Below are positions 54,587-63,152 of a DNA stretch of 64,000 nt, in pieces (the first letter of the stretch is position 1; the number at the start of each line of letters is the position of its first letter). The stretch covers positions 2,021-66,020 of the forward strand of contig CALJTV010000005.1 of NCBI GenBank assembly GCA_937975645.1, in the 5' to 3' direction. Under the pieces are notes generated by a model that saw only the letters and a program-made list of their open reading frames with translations, ran no database searches and was not told the DNA's origin. The DNA comes from an uncultured Dehalococcoidia bacterium. Its GTDB lineage: Bacteria > Chloroflexota > Dehalococcoidia > GIF9 > UBA5629. The position numbers and the translations under genes were made by a program.

Positions 54587-55852
54587 TTAGCGCTCCTCGA
54601 GAAGCTCAAAAAACTGCTCCAGTTTTTCACGCACCTCGTCCTCGGGGGTAACTGTGGAGTCCACCACATCACAGTCCACCACCAGTGTGGGTACTCCTTT
54701 CTCTGCCAAAATGTCCTTGAACAGTTTTATGGTAGCGCAGGAGTGCCGACAGCCCACATCGGCATAGTATATGGCGCCGTCCACTTTATAATCGTCAACG
54801 CACTGGACGATAGCGTTGAGCGCACGCTCGTCAAGAGGTCCGTACATCCGCATTTCTGGTATCATATATGACTTCATCGCAACGCTTTCCAGGGGACGGC
54901 TCGCCTCAAGCCTGCCCTCCCCCCAATAGGTGAAGAACGGCTCGATGACGCTGACTGCCCCGAATTGGCGCGACATCCGGTCAAGGAAGCCCATCAAATA
55001 CATCGGCGGAATGAAAAAAGTCATCAGACGAAAACGTTCCGGTTTTACTGCCCCCCTGCCCTCTCTGACCGCCTCGGTCAATTCTTGGTGTAGGGTCTCA
55101 AGATATTCCAGCGCCTCAGGCTGTCCCGGAAAAAGATAGTCCACAGTAAGCAACTCCAAAAAACCCTGGGGGCGGAAAGGTGTGGGTACATTTTTCCTCA
55201 GTTCGTTTATCTGTCGCACCAGTTCGATCTGCCTGTCCATTCGGGCTACAATCTCTGACAACTTGTCCCAGTCCATCTTCCTTCCTGACCTCTCCTCAAG
55301 AAAACAGATCATGTCCTCCAGCTCGCTTACCAGATAACCTATTTCATGCTGGCTCCGCTTGAACGGACGGTCGAGGAGGAAGCCCGGGCAATGACAGACC
55401 TCCATAATCAACTCTCCACTCTTGGCTGTATTGTCACAGACCATGTTTGACCACAGCATTACATCGGGATGAGGCAGAGCACCGGAAGCAAAAGCACCGG
55501 TCAGTCCCCGGTGAGGTGTACATATCTCCTGTGCCATCCCCAGACGGGCACCAGAAGCTAATATGTCACTGCAATCACCGGTGAACAACGCCATCGTCCA
55601 AGTAGCCGTCTCGGTGTGCATTGGCACCAAGCCCATAGCATAGATGATCTCGGCGGGAAAGAAGACTGTATGCCCCACTAAAAATCCCCCTTCCTCCTTA
55701 GCCCTAAGGATCCGGGCAAAGTACTCTTCCAGCATGCTGTAATACATCAACTGGCTCCGCCGCGCTTCAGGGTCAGCACGCAACATTCGCCGCACCAGAC
55801 GGCATGCCCGGATGATGACACTTAGCTTGTTCTCAGTCATCTGCGAGGTCAT
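54587..55852 (-). CDS. 2-hydroxyacyl-CoA dehydratase / benzoyl-CoA reductase B/C-family subunit
   Basis: About 421 aa. 'HTVFFPAEIIYAMGLVPMHTE', 'CSDILASGARLG', 'CHCPGF', C-terminal 'YYADVGCRHSCA'. It overlaps the upstream gene by 4 nt. Confidence 0.75.
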   Translation of the reverse strand: MTSQMTENKLSVIIRACRLVRRMLRADPEARRSQLMYYSMLEEYFARILRAKEEGGFLVGHTVFFPAEIIYAMGLVPMHTETATWTMALFTGDCSDILASGARLGMAQEICTPHRGLTGAFASGALPHPDVMLWSNMVCDNTAKSGELIMEVCHCPGFLLDRPFKRSQHEIGYLVSELEDMICFLEERSGRKMDWDKLSEIVARMDRQIELVRQINELRKNVPTPFRPQGFLELLTVDYLFPGQPEALEYLETLHQELTEAVREGRGAVKPERFRLMTFFIPPMYLMGFLDRMSRQFGAVSVIEPFFTYWGEGRLEASRPLESVAMKSYMIPEMRMYGPLDERALNAIVQCVDDYKVDGAIYYADVGCRHSCATIKLFKDILAEKGVPTLVVDCDVVDSTVTPEDEVREKLEQFFELLEER

Positions 55853-57012
55853 CTCCTCTTCGCCTCCAGCATCTCGATAAAAGCCTGTACCCTAGTTTTT
55901 ATCTGACCGGAGCCAGACGTCCCGTACTCAATGTCGAGAGCCAGCATAGGTATCCCACACTCCCGCAGTCTCTTCTCCAGCAGCGGTAGGTCATGGGCAT
56001 AGGGGACACAGTACCTTATGGTCTGGCTGACCACTCCGTCCACCCGAAAGCCCAGAGCAGCCTGAATGATGCGGTCGAACCGTTCCTCGGAGGGAAACAT
56101 CCGCGCACAGGGGAAGTTGTTCAGGTAACGGCGAGAAATAGCCTCAGTAAGCGACAACCCACTATCCAGCACCACCGGGTCACCCCAGTACCTGGTGCTG
56201 GTACACAGTTCGTCGGTGACAACCATTCCTCCCTGGTCCTCAATAAACCTCACAAAATCTGCATTGGTCAGCACGCTGCCCACCAACATCAGCCTCACCC
56301 GGCCTGAGGACTTCCTTTCAGAGCGGGAAGCTTCGTCAAGTAAGTCCGCCAACCACTGGTTGAAAACTTCCTTCGGCATCCGGAAGCTGGCATTCAGCAC
56401 CTCCATGGTCTCAGCCCCAGATATCGGTGGCTTCTCCTGCTTTCGCAGGTCATAAAGCTTCCGCAGCAATTCCCTCGACTCATTATAGAGGAGGATAGAA
56501 TGATAGAGTGCCTCCTCGGTTATCTTCAAGCCCAGGTACTCCTCAAGGTGCTGCTTAAACTCCAGCACCTCACAGTGATAAAGCATGTGTGCCCGGTCGG
56601 TGTATTTGCGTGGCACAGTAAGCACGTGGTGGAACGGAGTCCGCACATACTGACGCCACAAATCGAAAAGTCGTCGGGCGCCATCACAGGTGGAACCACC
56701 CACCACACCATCAAGAAAATCGTACTCACCCCTCAGCCCCAGCTGAAGACAGCTACGGGAAAAGGAGCAGTTGTTCACATACATATAGGCATTACCATCA
56801 TCGAGGTCGGTCTCCTGTGAATAGCCCACAATCCGAATGGGCAAAACACCAGCGGCATGGATGACCTCCTCAGGCACATAGGTGCACAACCAGCCAAACA
56901 CCTTTCCACCCCTATCCCTCCACTCCACAAGCTCCCTGTTTCTGGGGAAAGTCCTGTTTACCTCTCTGAACCTTTCCAGCATAGACAGTCCGCTGTCCTG
57001 AACATTAGCCAT
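55849..57012 (-). CDS. 2-hydroxyacyl-CoA dehydratase / benzoyl-CoA reductase B/C-family subunit
   Basis: About 387 aa. 'GGKVFGWLCTYVPEEVIHAAGVLPIRIVG', 'NCSFSRSCLQ', 'STCDGARR', 'TIRYCVPY'. Confidence 0.75.
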   Translation of the reverse strand: MANVQDSGLSMLERFREVNRTFPRNRELVEWRDRGGKVFGWLCTYVPEEVIHAAGVLPIRIVGYSQETDLDDGNAYMYVNNCSFSRSCLQLGLRGEYDFLDGVVGGSTCDGARRLFDLWRQYVRTPFHHVLTVPRKYTDRAHMLYHCEVLEFKQHLEEYLGLKITEEALYHSILLYNESRELLRKLYDLRKQEKPPISGAETMEVLNASFRMPKEVFNQWLADLLDEASRSERKSSGRVRLMLVGSVLTNADFVRFIEDQGGMVVTDELCTSTRYWGDPVVLDSGLSLTEAISRRYLNNFPCARMFPSEERFDRIIQAALGFRVDGVVSQTIRYCVPYAHDLPLLEKRLRECGIPMLALDIEYGTSGSGQIKTRVQAFIEMLEAKRR

Positions 57013-57062
57013 CTAATGACCGTCCCCTCTCTAAACTGCCAGCAATTTACATCGCTAACAGA

Positions 57063-57932
57063 CTACATAGCTACCTCAGGGTGAAAACCAACGAAGATAA
57101 CCCCCGGCCCAGCACCGTAGCCCATCACTGGGCTGAACTCACCGATCACCATACTGAGGCACTTGAAACGTCCCTTAAGCTGCTGTGCAAACCCCTCCGC
57201 TTGGTCAGGCACCGCTGCGTGTGTGACCATAAAATGGAGCTCGCTGGTCTCAGCCTGGCGCTCTATCATATCCATAAGCCGGCTAAGTCCCTCTGCCTTC
57301 TTCCGCACCCTGTCAACAAACTCCACCTTACCATCGTCAGTAAGCTTATTTATCGGCTTGATATTGAGCAGCGAGGCAATCTGTGAGGCAGCCTTGGAGA
57401 TGCGCCCAGTGCGGTAGGCATAGCGCAAAGTGTCCAGCAGCATCAGTCCACCAGCCTTCTGCCTGACACGCCTAGCGTACCCCTCTACCTCATCCAGGTT
57501 TTTGCCCATAGCTGCTGCCCTGGCAGCCGCCAGCACCACCAGACCCTGAGTCGAAGCGCATGCCTTGGAGTCCATCACCCGTATCGTCACGCCGGGCTTA
57601 CGCTCACGAAGCAGGTCAACAGCTATGGTAGCCGTCCTTGAAACAGCGCTCAACGCCGAGGATATGGTGATGAAAAGTATCTCCCTGGATATCTCCGAGA
57701 CCTCCATATAGACGTTGAGCAGGTAGTCGGGTGAGATCGCCGAGGTAACAAACCTGTCCGGGTCCTCCGTTATCAGACGGTACGCCTCGGCAGTCTTCAA
57801 GGTCACACCTTCAATATGGGTCTGTCCATCAACGATTATATTTGCTGCCGGCACGACCTTGATACCAAACTCCTCGACCAGTCCTTCGGGTATGCAGGCG
57901 ACCGTATCCGTCATCACCAGCACTTTTGACAT
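57063..57932 (-). CDS. DegV-family fatty-acid-binding protein
   Basis: 'VLVMTDTVACIPEGL', 'FVTSAISPD', 'ITISSALSA', 'VMDSKACASTQG', about 289 aa. Confidence 0.85.
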   Translation of the reverse strand: MSKVLVMTDTVACIPEGLVEEFGIKVVPAANIIVDGQTHIEGVTLKTAEAYRLITEDPDRFVTSAISPDYLLNVYMEVSEISREILFITISSALSAVSRTATIAVDLLRERKPGVTIRVMDSKACASTQGLVVLAAARAAAMGKNLDEVEGYARRVRQKAGGLMLLDTLRYAYRTGRISKAASQIASLLNIKPINKLTDDGKVEFVDRVRKKAEGLSRLMDMIERQAETSELHFMVTHAAVPDQAEGFAQQLKGRFKCLSMVIGEFSPVMGYGAGPGVIFVGFHPEVAM

Positions 57933-57975
57933 CTGTCACCTCCCGCCCTGTAATCCAAAAGCCTCAAATCCGTCT

Positions 57976-58794
57976 TTAGGAGACCAGATAACCCCCATCG
58001 ACTACTATCATTTCACCAGTAACGTAGCTGGACAAATCAGACGCTAGAAACAGGGCTACCCGGGCAACTTCGTCGGCATCGCCCATCCTCCCCAGCACCA
58101 TCCGGGACATGAACGACTTAAGTTCTTTGAGCTGCGCCTTCTCCTCCTCAGCTGAACCCGACTTACCTAGCTGTGAGAACACCCCCCTCGTCCTGACCGC
58201 CCCAGGCGCGATTGCATTTACACGTATGCCATATTGCCCCAGCTCCCGCGCCAGGCTCTTGGTCAGAGCCCATACCCCACCTTTGGAAGCATCATAGGCA
58301 GACATCCCGCTCGCTGAGGGATGCACCGCCTCTATCGAGGCTATGTTTATGATGCAACCACCCCCCCGCCGCCTCACCATCTCTATGCCTGCATAACGAC
58401 TGCAGAGGAAAGTGCCCCTCAGGTTCACCGCTATCACCTCATCAAAGTCCTTTCCCTCCATCGCACCCAGCAACTTTCTAGGATAAACGCCAGCATTGTT
58501 CACCAGTATGTCAACTCCACCCATCCGTTCAACACAAGTGCTGACCATTTTCCGCACATCGTCCTCTTTACTGACATCGCACAAAAAACACTCAGCCCTG
58601 TACCCCAAAGCCCTCAAGTTTCGAGCTGCTTCCCCCGCCTCTCCAGCAGCCATATCCGCTATCAGCACTGAAGCACCAGCTTCAGCCAGCCTGGACGATA
58701 TGGCAAATCCGATACCCATCGCCCCTCCGGTAACAATAGCTGACTTGCCACTGAGATCGATAAGCTCCCTCAAGGGCCTGCTATCGTCCATCAC
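57976..58794 (-). CDS. Short-chain dehydrogenase/reductase (FabG-like)
   Basis: 'SAIVTGGAMGIG', 'NNAG', 'YDASKGG', 'PG.V.T'. Confidence 0.85.
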   Translation of the reverse strand: MMDDSRPLRELIDLSGKSAIVTGGAMGIGFAISSRLAEAGASVLIADMAAGEAGEAARNLRALGYRAECFLCDVSKEDDVRKMVSTCVERMGGVDILVNNAGVYPRKLLGAMEGKDFDEVIAVNLRGTFLCSRYAGIEMVRRRGGGCIINIASIEAVHPSASGMSAYDASKGGVWALTKSLARELGQYGIRVNAIAPGAVRTRGVFSQLGKSGSAEEEKAQLKELKSFMSRMVLGRMGDADEVARVALFLASDLSSYVTGEMIVVDGGYLVS

Positions 58795-58851
58795 CCATTA
58801 CCAGAAACTGAGAGCATTCCCCCGTAAATATGGTACCTCGTATGGCTAGGT

Positions 58852-58880
58852 ATTATAGGTTCAAGGCTTTGGACTGTCAA
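58852..58880 (-). promoter_or_regulatory. Consensus sigma70-type promoter directed at the SDR / DegV / BCR-like gene string
   Basis: Minus strand: TTGACA (58880-58875), 17-nt spacer, TATAAT (58857-58852). It lies about 58 nt upstream of ATG 58794. Confidence 0.6.
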
Positions 58881-58905
58881 TATCTATATTTTGCAATTCG
58901 ACATA

Positions 58906-58934
58906 TTGACAAAAGTAACAGCCCGTTCTAGAAT
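58906..58934 (+). promoter_or_regulatory. Near-consensus sigma70-type promoter directed at the hotdog-plsX-acpP-fab cluster
   Basis: TTGACA (58906-58911), 17-nt spacer, TAGAAT (58929-58934). It is back-to-back with the minus-strand promoter. Confidence 0.6.
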
Positions 58935-58986
58935 CTTCATACCTAGTATTGCGAGGTATCAGGCAGGCACTAAAGTACATTAGCTT

Positions 58987-59421
58987 TTGAGTGTAGCAAC
59001 AGCTATGGCTGGGCGGAAAATTGACTACTCTTCTCTGGACGTAGGCTTCGAGTTCCCTCCGATGAACCTCGTCATCACCGAAGACTGGTATGAAGCATAT
59101 GCTGAGGCTGTGGGTGAAGACATTGGGCTATGCCGCAAGACAGGGCTGGTCTCCCCAATGGCCATGCTGGCTCTGGCAATGGCGGAGATGTCAAGAAGTG
59201 CCTCCGTGCCTGAGGGCTCCATCCATGTGTCCCAAACTCTCGAGTTCCATCAGGCACTGCGCTTGAATGACATCGTAACTGCCACCGCTGCAGTAACTCA
59301 GAAAATTCAGTCCAGAAAGGTCAACCTGCTTACCGTAAGCCTGCGCCTCTCCAACCAGAAGAACGAGCAGATAGCCTGCGCTGAAACGGAGTTTGTCCTG
59401 GGATACAGCCATGGAGCTTAA
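58987..59421 (+). CDS. MaoC-like hotdog protein lacking the hydratase motif (HadA-like, probably the non-catalytic partner)
   Basis: About 140 aa with a hotdog-like pattern and no D-x-N-P-x-H motif. The start is uncertain (TTG 58987 or ATG 59005). It overlaps the next gene by 11 nt. Confidence 0.6.
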   Translation: MSVATAMAGRKIDYSSLDVGFEFPPMNLVITEDWYEAYAEAVGEDIGLCRKTGLVSPMAMLALAMAEMSRSASVPEGSIHVSQTLEFHQALRLNDIVTATAAVTQKIQSRKVNLLTVSLRLSNQKNEQIACAETEFVLGYSHGA

Positions 59422-59839
59422 AGGGGCGTCGCTCAAGGCACTCACCGCTGGGACTGACCTGCCATTGCTCCAGAAGACCATTACCCAAGCGGACATCGAC
59501 AGGTACGCCAGAGTAAGTGGCGATTTCAACCCAATACACATAAGCCCCGAATATGCCCGCAGTACACCACTGGGCACCACGGTGGCACACGGGATGCTCC
59601 TGCTGGCTTACATTTCACAGGTGATGACCAAAGCCTTTGGTACTGCCTGGCTGGAGAAGGGCAAGATGTACGCCAGATTCAAGGCACCAGCACGCCCTGG
59701 CGATGACATCTCTATCTCGGGCAAGATAACCAAGGTCGACAGTCACGAGGCAAAGACCACAGTACATTGCGAGATATTCTGCCGGAACCAGAACGGCGAA
59801 GAGCTCGTCATAAGCCAAACGGAGGTGCAGGTAACGTGA
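59411..59839 (+). CDS. MaoC-domain (R)-specific enoyl/3-hydroxyacyl dehydratase (HadB-like, catalytic)
   Basis: Hydratase-2 motif 'YARVSGDFNPIHISPEYA'. 'VAHGMLLLAYI'. ATG 59411 is preferred over TTG 59393. The stop overlaps the plsX start (GTGA). Confidence 0.75.
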   Translation: MELKGASLKALTAGTDLPLLQKTITQADIDRYARVSGDFNPIHISPEYARSTPLGTTVAHGMLLLAYISQVMTKAFGTAWLEKGKMYARFKAPARPGDDISISGKITKVDSHEAKTTVHCEIFCRNQNGEELVISQTEVQVT

Positions 59840-60843
59840 AAATAGCAGTTGATGGCATGGGGGGCGACTTCGCGCCTTCAGAGATCGTCATGGGCGCTGT
59901 GGAAGCCGCCCGGACATACAAAGTGGACATCGTCCTTGTGGGTCCGAGAGGACTCATGGAGTCCGAACTGAGCAAACACGACTGCTCTGGACTGAACATC
60001 GAAGTTGTGCATACCGACCAGTACCTGCTCGAGGGTGAACCACCGGCATTCGCCCTGCGCAGGAAGCCAGAAGCCTCGGTCTTTATCGCCACCAAGCTGG
60101 TAAAGGAAGGCAAGGCGGACGCCATCGTCAGCGCTGGACCAACGGGAGGTGTCGTCGCCGCCGCGCTCTATATGCTCGGCACCGTGAGCGGCTTCACCAG
60201 ACCAGTGGTCGGTGGGGCTTTCCTCCGCTTTGCCCCCAATACTGTGATGCTTGATCTGGGCAGCAATGTCGACTGCAAGCCACAAGAGCTGGTCGATTTC
60301 GCCATCGTGGGCACGGTCTACGCCAAAAAGATGCTGGGAATAGAGAACCCCACCATCGCCCTGCTCAGCGTGGGCGCCGAGGAGGGAAAAGGTAATGCAC
60401 AGGCAAAAGAAGCCTATACACTGCTCAAGAACAGCGGTCTCAACTTTATCGGCAACGTTGAAGGGTATGACATACCTCTGGGGAAAGCAAACGTCATCGT
60501 CTGCGATGGGTTTGTGGGCAACATAGTGGTCAAGTTTACTGAGCAACTGGGCAAAGTCATCTGTAACTGGCTGGAACAAGAACTGAAAGACCACTTAGAC
60601 AGAGACAAGCTCGCAGCCATCACCTCTGAATTGTTAAAGGCGACCAATGTCGCCGATTTTGCCGGCGGCGGTCCGCTGTGGGCAGTGAACGGAGTGGCGT
60701 GCGTCGCCCACGGTCGCTGCAAGGCACCAGAATTCTGTAAAGCTATAGGACAGGCTAAACTGGCAGTGGAAGAGGACTGGGTGGGGACCCTGAAACTCGA
60801 ACTCGACGCCGCTAGAGGCAAGCTAAAAATCGGACAGTCTTAA
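59836..60843 (+). CDS. plsX: Phosphate acyltransferase PlsX
   Basis: '(M)KIAVDGMGGDFAPSEIV.GA', 'ADAIVSAGPTGG', 'DLGSNVDCKP', 'VIVCDGFVGNIVVK'. GTG 59836. Confidence 0.9.
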   Translation: MKIAVDGMGGDFAPSEIVMGAVEAARTYKVDIVLVGPRGLMESELSKHDCSGLNIEVVHTDQYLLEGEPPAFALRRKPEASVFIATKLVKEGKADAIVSAGPTGGVVAAALYMLGTVSGFTRPVVGGAFLRFAPNTVMLDLGSNVDCKPQELVDFAIVGTVYAKKMLGIENPTIALLSVGAEEGKGNAQAKEAYTLLKNSGLNFIGNVEGYDIPLGKANVIVCDGFVGNIVVKFTEQLGKVICNWLEQELKDHLDRDKLAAITSELLKATNVADFAGGGPLWAVNGVACVAHGRCKAPEFCKAIGQAKLAVEEDWVGTLKLELDAARGKLKIGQS

Positions 60844-60866
60844 ATCAACAGAGCGGGAGGTCACCG

Positions 60867-61112
60867 ATGGCATCACCAGTAGAAGCAGCAATAACCGAAA
60901 TCGCCTCAAAAATACTGCGTAAGGAAGTGGACCTGACCACAGTGAACAACTTCAAGGAGCTTGGTGCCGATTCACTGGACATCATCCAGATAATCGTAAG
61001 GGTCGAAGACCGGTTCGACATCGAGCTACTCGAGGAGGACCTGCAGAATATAAAGGGTGTTAAGGACTTCGTTGCCTACGTGGAGCGCCGCATCGCGGAA
61101 AAGAACAATTAA
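60867..61112 (+). CDS. acpP: Acyl carrier protein
   Basis: 'FKELGADSLDIIQIIVRVEDRFDIEL' (DSL phosphopantetheine site), 81 aa. Confidence 0.9.
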   Translation: MASPVEAAITEIASKILRKEVDLTTVNNFKELGADSLDIIQIIVRVEDRFDIELLEEDLQNIKGVKDFVAYVERRIAEKNN

Positions 61113-61127
61113 GGGACGGGACAAGCA

Positions 61128-61886
61128 ATGTCATTTGCCGGTAGGACAGCTTTGATAACAGGTGGTTCAAGGGGTATCGGCAAAGCGATCACCCTCAAAC
61201 TTGCCAGCGAAGGTGCTGATGTGATCATAAACTTCCTGCGTAGGCGCAGCGTTGCCGAGGCTACCGCAGAGGAAGTGCGCGCCAAGGGCGTCAAAGCCCA
61301 CCTTATCAAAGCTAATGTGGGCGAACCGGAAGAGATAGACCGCATGTTTGATGAAGTCCGTGACAAGTTTGGTAAGTTGGACATCTTCATAAATAATGCC
61401 GCCTCCGGTGTGGCTAAGGCAGCCTTGGAGCTGGACACCCGGGGCTGGGACTGGACGATGGACATTAACGCGCGCGCCTTCCTGCTCTGCACACAGAGGG
61501 CGGTGAAAGTTATGCCGCGGGGTGGCAGAATCGTGGCTATATCCAGCCTGGGGGCAAAGCTCGCCTGGCCCGCCTACTCAGCGGTAGGCGTATCAAAGGC
61601 TGCACTGGAAGCACTCACCAGATACCTAGCTGTAGAATGTGCCCCCTTGGGCATAACTGTTAATGCCGTGGCCCCAGGCGCTGTGGAAAGCGAAGCCTTA
61701 AAGCTATATGCCAGTCAGGAAACTTTGAGCAGACCGGACTGGAAACAGACCCCGGCAGGGAGAATGATAACGCCCGAAGATATCGCAGACCTGGTGCTTT
61801 TTCTTTGCAGCGAGCATGCCAGCATGATCGTGGGCCAGGTCATAGTAATCGATGGCGGGGTCAGCCTGGCACCGATAAATCTATAG
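61128..61886 (+). CDS. fabL: Enoyl-[ACP] reductase, FabL type (SDR)
   Basis: Collinear with B. subtilis FabL as I recall it: 'ALITGGSRGIGKA', 'KANVG.PE.I..MF', 'LDIFINNAASGV', 'WDWTM.INA.A.L', 'VGVSKAALEALTRYLAVE', 'TPAGRM', 'GQ.I.IDGG'. Confidence 0.8.
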   Translation: MSFAGRTALITGGSRGIGKAITLKLASEGADVIINFLRRRSVAEATAEEVRAKGVKAHLIKANVGEPEEIDRMFDEVRDKFGKLDIFINNAASGVAKAALELDTRGWDWTMDINARAFLLCTQRAVKVMPRGGRIVAISSLGAKLAWPAYSAVGVSKAALEALTRYLAVECAPLGITVNAVAPGAVESEALKLYASQETLSRPDWKQTPAGRMITPEDIADLVLFLCSEHASMIVGQVIVIDGGVSLAPINL

Positions 61887-61896
61887 GAGGAACAGA

Positions 61897-63144
61897 TTGA
61901 GACCCACTGACTTCAGCCCAGAACGTAGGGTCGTAGTCACAGGGCTGGGAGCGATAACCCCCCTGGGGCTTACGGTTGACGACTTTTGGAACGGGCTGGT
62001 CAATGGCATGTCCGGGATCGGATACATTACGCTATTTGACGCCACCAACTACCCGGTGAAGATAGCTGCCGAGGTGAAGGGATTTGACCCCACTCTCTAC
62101 ATGGACGAAAGGAGAGCTGACCGTACCAGTCGCTGTACACAGTTCGCCATGGCAGCAACCAAGATGGCAATGGAAGCAGCAAAGCTCAAGATGGACAACG
62201 AAGCTGCAGAAAAAGTGGGCGTGATGATCTCCACCAGCGGCATGATCTCCTTGCTCGTAGACGAGTCTGACACCATAAAGTCCAGACCAAACCGCATCGA
62301 CCCACTGCTTATCCCTAAGATGGCACCAAGTATGGTGTCATCACAAGTCGCCCTGGAGATCGGGGCCAGGGGGCCCAACACCAGTATCAACAGTGCCTGC
62401 GCCAGCGGCAGCGATGTTCTGGGACTCGCCATGAACCATATACTCTTGGGAAACGCCGATGTCATCATCGCCGGTGGGGCTGAAGCCAACATCAGCCCTG
62501 CAGCTATCGCAACCACCGCCCGTATCGGTGCCCTCTCGCGCGAACCAGACCCCTCGCGGGCAAGCCGCCCCTTCGACCTCAACCGCAACGGCTTCGTCCA
62601 CGGCGAGGGCGCTGGAATCCTCGTCCTGGAGAGTCTGGAGCACGCCCGAAAACGGGGCGCCCCCATCCTGGCTGAGCTCGCCGGCGCAGGCTGGTCCTTC
62701 GACGCCTATAATGACACCGCCCCTGACCCGAACATCGAAGCTATAGCTATCAAAAACGCGCTCAACAATGCCAACCTCACCCCTCAGCAGATCGACTACA
62801 TAAACGCCCACGGCACCAGCACCAAACTCAACGACGCCGCTGAGACCAAAGCCATCAAAATGGTGTTCGGTGAATGGGCATACCGCGTACCAGTAAGTTC
62901 CATCAAGTCCATGATAGGACATCTGGCTTGCGCCGCCGGCGCCATCGAGGCTGTGGCGAGCGTAATGACAATAGTCAAAGGCATTATCCCACCGACCATC
63001 AACCTGGAGACACCCGACCCCGAGTGCGACCTGGACTACGTCCCCAATAAGTCGCGCCGCCAGACAGTCAATGCCTGTCTGTCGAACTCCTTCGGTATGG
63101 GTGGGCAGAACTGCTGCCTGGTATTTAAAAAATTTGATGGGTGA
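61897..63144 (+). CDS. fabF: 3-oxoacyl-[ACP] synthase II
   Basis: 'RRVVVTGLGAITPLG', 'SACASGS' (active Cys), 'INAHGTST..ND', 'KSMIGH', 'NSFGMGGQN'. TTG start after TAGGAGGA. Confidence 0.9.
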   Translation: MRPTDFSPERRVVVTGLGAITPLGLTVDDFWNGLVNGMSGIGYITLFDATNYPVKIAAEVKGFDPTLYMDERRADRTSRCTQFAMAATKMAMEAAKLKMDNEAAEKVGVMISTSGMISLLVDESDTIKSRPNRIDPLLIPKMAPSMVSSQVALEIGARGPNTSINSACASGSDVLGLAMNHILLGNADVIIAGGAEANISPAAIATTARIGALSREPDPSRASRPFDLNRNGFVHGEGAGILVLESLEHARKRGAPILAELAGAGWSFDAYNDTAPDPNIEAIAIKNALNNANLTPQQIDYINAHGTSTKLNDAAETKAIKMVFGEWAYRVPVSSIKSMIGHLACAAGAIEAVASVMTIVKGIIPPTINLETPDPECDLDYVPNKSRRQTVNACLSNSFGMGGQNCCLVFKKFDG

Positions 63145-63152
63145 GGCTGAAA

